The notes beneath the pieces are model-generated. The model searched no databases, was not told where the DNA came from, and saw nothing but the letters and a program-made list of their open reading frames with translations. This document shows, one piece after another, positions 41,934 to 46,808 of a stretch of DNA of 46,808 nt; position 1 is the stretch's first letter; the number at the start of each line of letters is the position of its first letter. A program made the translations under genes and the position numbers. The stretch comes from Thiobacillus sp. (GTDB taxonomy: Bacteria > Pseudomonadota > Gammaproteobacteria > Burkholderiales > Thiobacillaceae), in contig JAAXVP010000001.1 in the NCBI GenBank assembly GCA_013335435.1, positions 1 through 46,808 of the forward strand, in the 5' to 3' direction.

Positions 41934-43064
41934 ATGCCCCAGCAAACCACCCCGGTCAGAACCGGCCAGGCTGACAAGGCCACCCTTCTTGTGGTGGACG
42001 ACATCCCGGACAACCTTGCCGTGATGACCGAGATTCTGACTCCTGCCTATCGGGTCCTGGTGGCCAACACCGGACCGCTCGCCCTCCGGCTGGCACAGTC
42101 CGAACCCGCGCCGGATCTGATCTTGCTCGATGTGATGATGCCGGACATGGACGGCTATGCCGTACTCGAGCAGCTGCGCCGGGACCACCGCACGGCCGAC
42201 CTGCCGGTCATCTTCGTCACGGCCATGAACGCCATGGCGGACGAGCAGCGCGGCTTCGACCTCGGCGCCGTCGACTACATCACCAAGCCGGTCCGGCCGC
42301 CCATCGTGCTGGCACGCGTGCGTGCGCAACTGGAATTGAAGGAGGCGCGCGACTGGCTGAAGAACAAGAACGAGGTCCTGGAAGCGGAAGTGGCCGCGCG
42401 GCTCAAAGAGATCCTGCTCATCCAGGACGTCAGCATCCACGCCCTGGCCCGGCTGGCGGAGACCCGCGACCCGGAAACCGGCAACCACATCCGGCGCACC
42501 CAGTCCTACGTGCGCACCCTGGCCAGACACCTGAGCAGGCACCCGCGCTTTTCCACCCTGCTCGACTCGAACCATATCGACCAACTGGCCAAATCGGCAC
42601 CCTTGCACGACATCGGCAAGGTCGGCATCCCCGACCATATCCTGCTCAAGCCTGACAAGCTGACCCCGGAGGAATGGGAGATCATGAAGACCCACGCCCG
42701 CCTCGGTTCCGAGGCCATAGAGCAGGCGGAGCACGACGCCGTCAAGCCGGTGGAATTCCTCGCCATCGCCAAGCAGATCGCCCACTGGCACCACGAGAAA
42801 TGGGACGGCAGCGGCTACCCGGACGGTTTGGTCGGCGACGCCATTCCTCTCCCCGCGCGTTTGATGGCGCTGGCCGACGTCTTCGATGCGCTCATCACCC
42901 GGCGCGTCTACAAGCCACCCATGCCGCACGCCCAGGCGCGCGAGATCATCGTTGGCGAACGCGGCCGGCATTTCGATCCTGACGTGGTCGACGCCTTTAT
43001 CGCCGTATACGACCAATTCGTCGCGATCGCCGTGCGCTATAGCGAAGACATCCCAGGCGAATAA
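41934..43064 (+). CDS. RpfG-like response regulator (REC + HD-GYP c-di-GMP phosphodiesterase)
   Basis: LVVDD, DVMMP, ETGNHIRR, LHDIGKVGIPD, HHEKWDGSGYPDGL, ADVFDAL. Confidence 0.93.
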   Translation: MPQQTTPVRTGQADKATLLVVDDIPDNLAVMTEILTPAYRVLVANTGPLALRLAQSEPAPDLILLDVMMPDMDGYAVLEQLRRDHRTADLPVIFVTAMNAMADEQRGFDLGAVDYITKPVRPPIVLARVRAQLELKEARDWLKNKNEVLEAEVAARLKEILLIQDVSIHALARLAETRDPETGNHIRRTQSYVRTLARHLSRHPRFSTLLDSNHIDQLAKSAPLHDIGKVGIPDHILLKPDKLTPEEWEIMKTHARLGSEAIEQAEHDAVKPVEFLAIAKQIAHWHHEKWDGSGYPDGLVGDAIPLPARLMALADVFDALITRRVYKPPMPHAQAREIIVGERGRHFDPDVVDAFIAVYDQFVAIAVRYSEDIPGE

Positions 43065-43181
43065 CCATGTTCCCGTCCGCCCGGCCCAGCCGCCCAGAAC
43101 CGGCCTCGCGCAACGCCGTCGACTTGGCACTGCGGCACATCACCCCGGCATGCCCGCGCAGCCCGCGCCCAGGACACTGAC

Positions 43182-45971
<2,790 letters not shown>

Positions 45972-46019
45972 ATCGACGACCCCGACGCCCATCTGCGGCA
46001 CCAGCCGGAAGGTGATCGC

Positions 46020-46199
46020 AAGGCCGAGGGACCAACGTCGCGAAAAACCAGTTCCTGGCCAACATAAGCCATGAGACCCGCACGCCACGTTCCTGCAGAC
46101 GATCCCGGCGGTCGGCACCACGCCGCTGCTTGGCCAGATTGAGCCCTTCGATTTCGAGCTGGCCTGGACACCCTCAGGCGCGGCCTTCCCCAGGCCTGA
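46020..46199 (+). pseudogene. Degenerate remnant of a hybrid histidine kinase
   Basis: 46031-46087 translates TNVAKNQFLANISHETRTP (H-box). About 40 nt later, in other frames, LLGQIEPFDFELA/LDTLRRGLPQA-stop. Confidence 0.6.
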
Positions 46200-46283
46200 C
46201 CCACCGCGATCCCCGGGCCGGCGCCGGGCGCAATGGCCTACAATAGCGCCACCGGCGATCTTGTCCGGTTGCCAACAAGAACA

Positions 46284-46808
46284 ATGCAGAGAGCCGACAC
46301 CTACCGCCACATCCTCATCACGGGCGCCAGCCAAGGCCTGGGCGCCGCGCTCGCGCTCGCCTACGCCGGCCCCGGCGTCCGCCTCGCCCTGGCCGGACGC
46401 GACGCCGGGCGCCTCGCGGCCGTCGCCGAGCGCTGCCGGCAACGCGGCGCCGTGGTCGTCGAGCAATGCCTCGACATCACGGCCACCGAACCGCTACGGC
46501 AATGGGTGGCCGGGATCGACCGCGACCAGCCTCTCGACCTGGTCATCGCCAATGCCGGCATCACCAGCACGGTCGCGCCGGGCGGCCCGGCGGAGGATTG
46601 GCCCAGGCTGCGCCAGGTGTTCGACACCAACCTGTACGGCGCCCTCGCCACCATCGAACCCGCCGTCGCCGCCATGACCCGGCGCGGCCGCGGCCAGATC
46701 GCCCTGATGAGTTCCCTGGGCGGCTACGTCGGCATGCCCGTCTCGCCCGCCTACAACGCCAGCAAGGCCGCCCTCAAGGTCTACGGCGAGGGCCTGCGCG
46801 GCCTCCTG
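46284..46808 (+). CDS. Short-chain dehydrogenase/reductase (3' end outside window)
   Basis: Not in the ORF track. ATG 46284 MQRADTYRHILITGASQGLG..DLVIANAGI..DTNLYG..MSSL..YNASK. Confidence 0.9.
   Translation, partial: MQRADTYRHILITGASQGLGAALALAYAGPGVRLALAGRDAGRLAAVAERCRQRGAVVVEQCLDITATEPLRQWVAGIDRDQPLDLVIANAGITSTVAPGGPAEDWPRLRQVFDTNLYGALATIEPAVAAMTRRGRGQIALMSSLGGYVGMPVSPAYNASKAALKVYGEGLRGLL

Overview
GC-rich core-chromosome segment of a betaproteobacterial sulfur oxidiser (inference from gene content; Thiobacillaceae-like). Left to right: Pil-Chp chemosensory genes pilJ (truncated)-pilI-pilH-pilG, led by a secreted solute-binding/rhodanese fusion; thiD-thiE-hemL-dsrS; a minus-strand sulfur cassette (soxY-soxZ, SoxL-like rhodanese, DUF302 protein, extremely Met-rich secreted protein); diheme cytochrome c4; engB; a candidate sigmaE-type sRNA; hemB; ycgR; mrcA; pilMNOPQ; the complete dcw cluster (mraZ to ftsZ, lpxC); an HD-GYP response regulator with a hybrid kinase and a kinase remnant; and a truncated SDR. 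Best leads: (1) a palindromic repeat present twice in the dcw operon, both copies in an open frame reading VSAQANV (an in-frame insert in Ddl and a 47-codon ORF coupled between ftsW and murG); (2) the Met-rich/DUF302/rhodanese module beside soxYZ, a possible sulfur-globule system; (3) the PBP-rhodanese fusion heading pilGHIJ; (4) a four-hairpin sRNA antisense to the engB 3' end. No tRNA, rRNA, CRISPR array or transposase was seen. All family assignments are by eye, with no database search.
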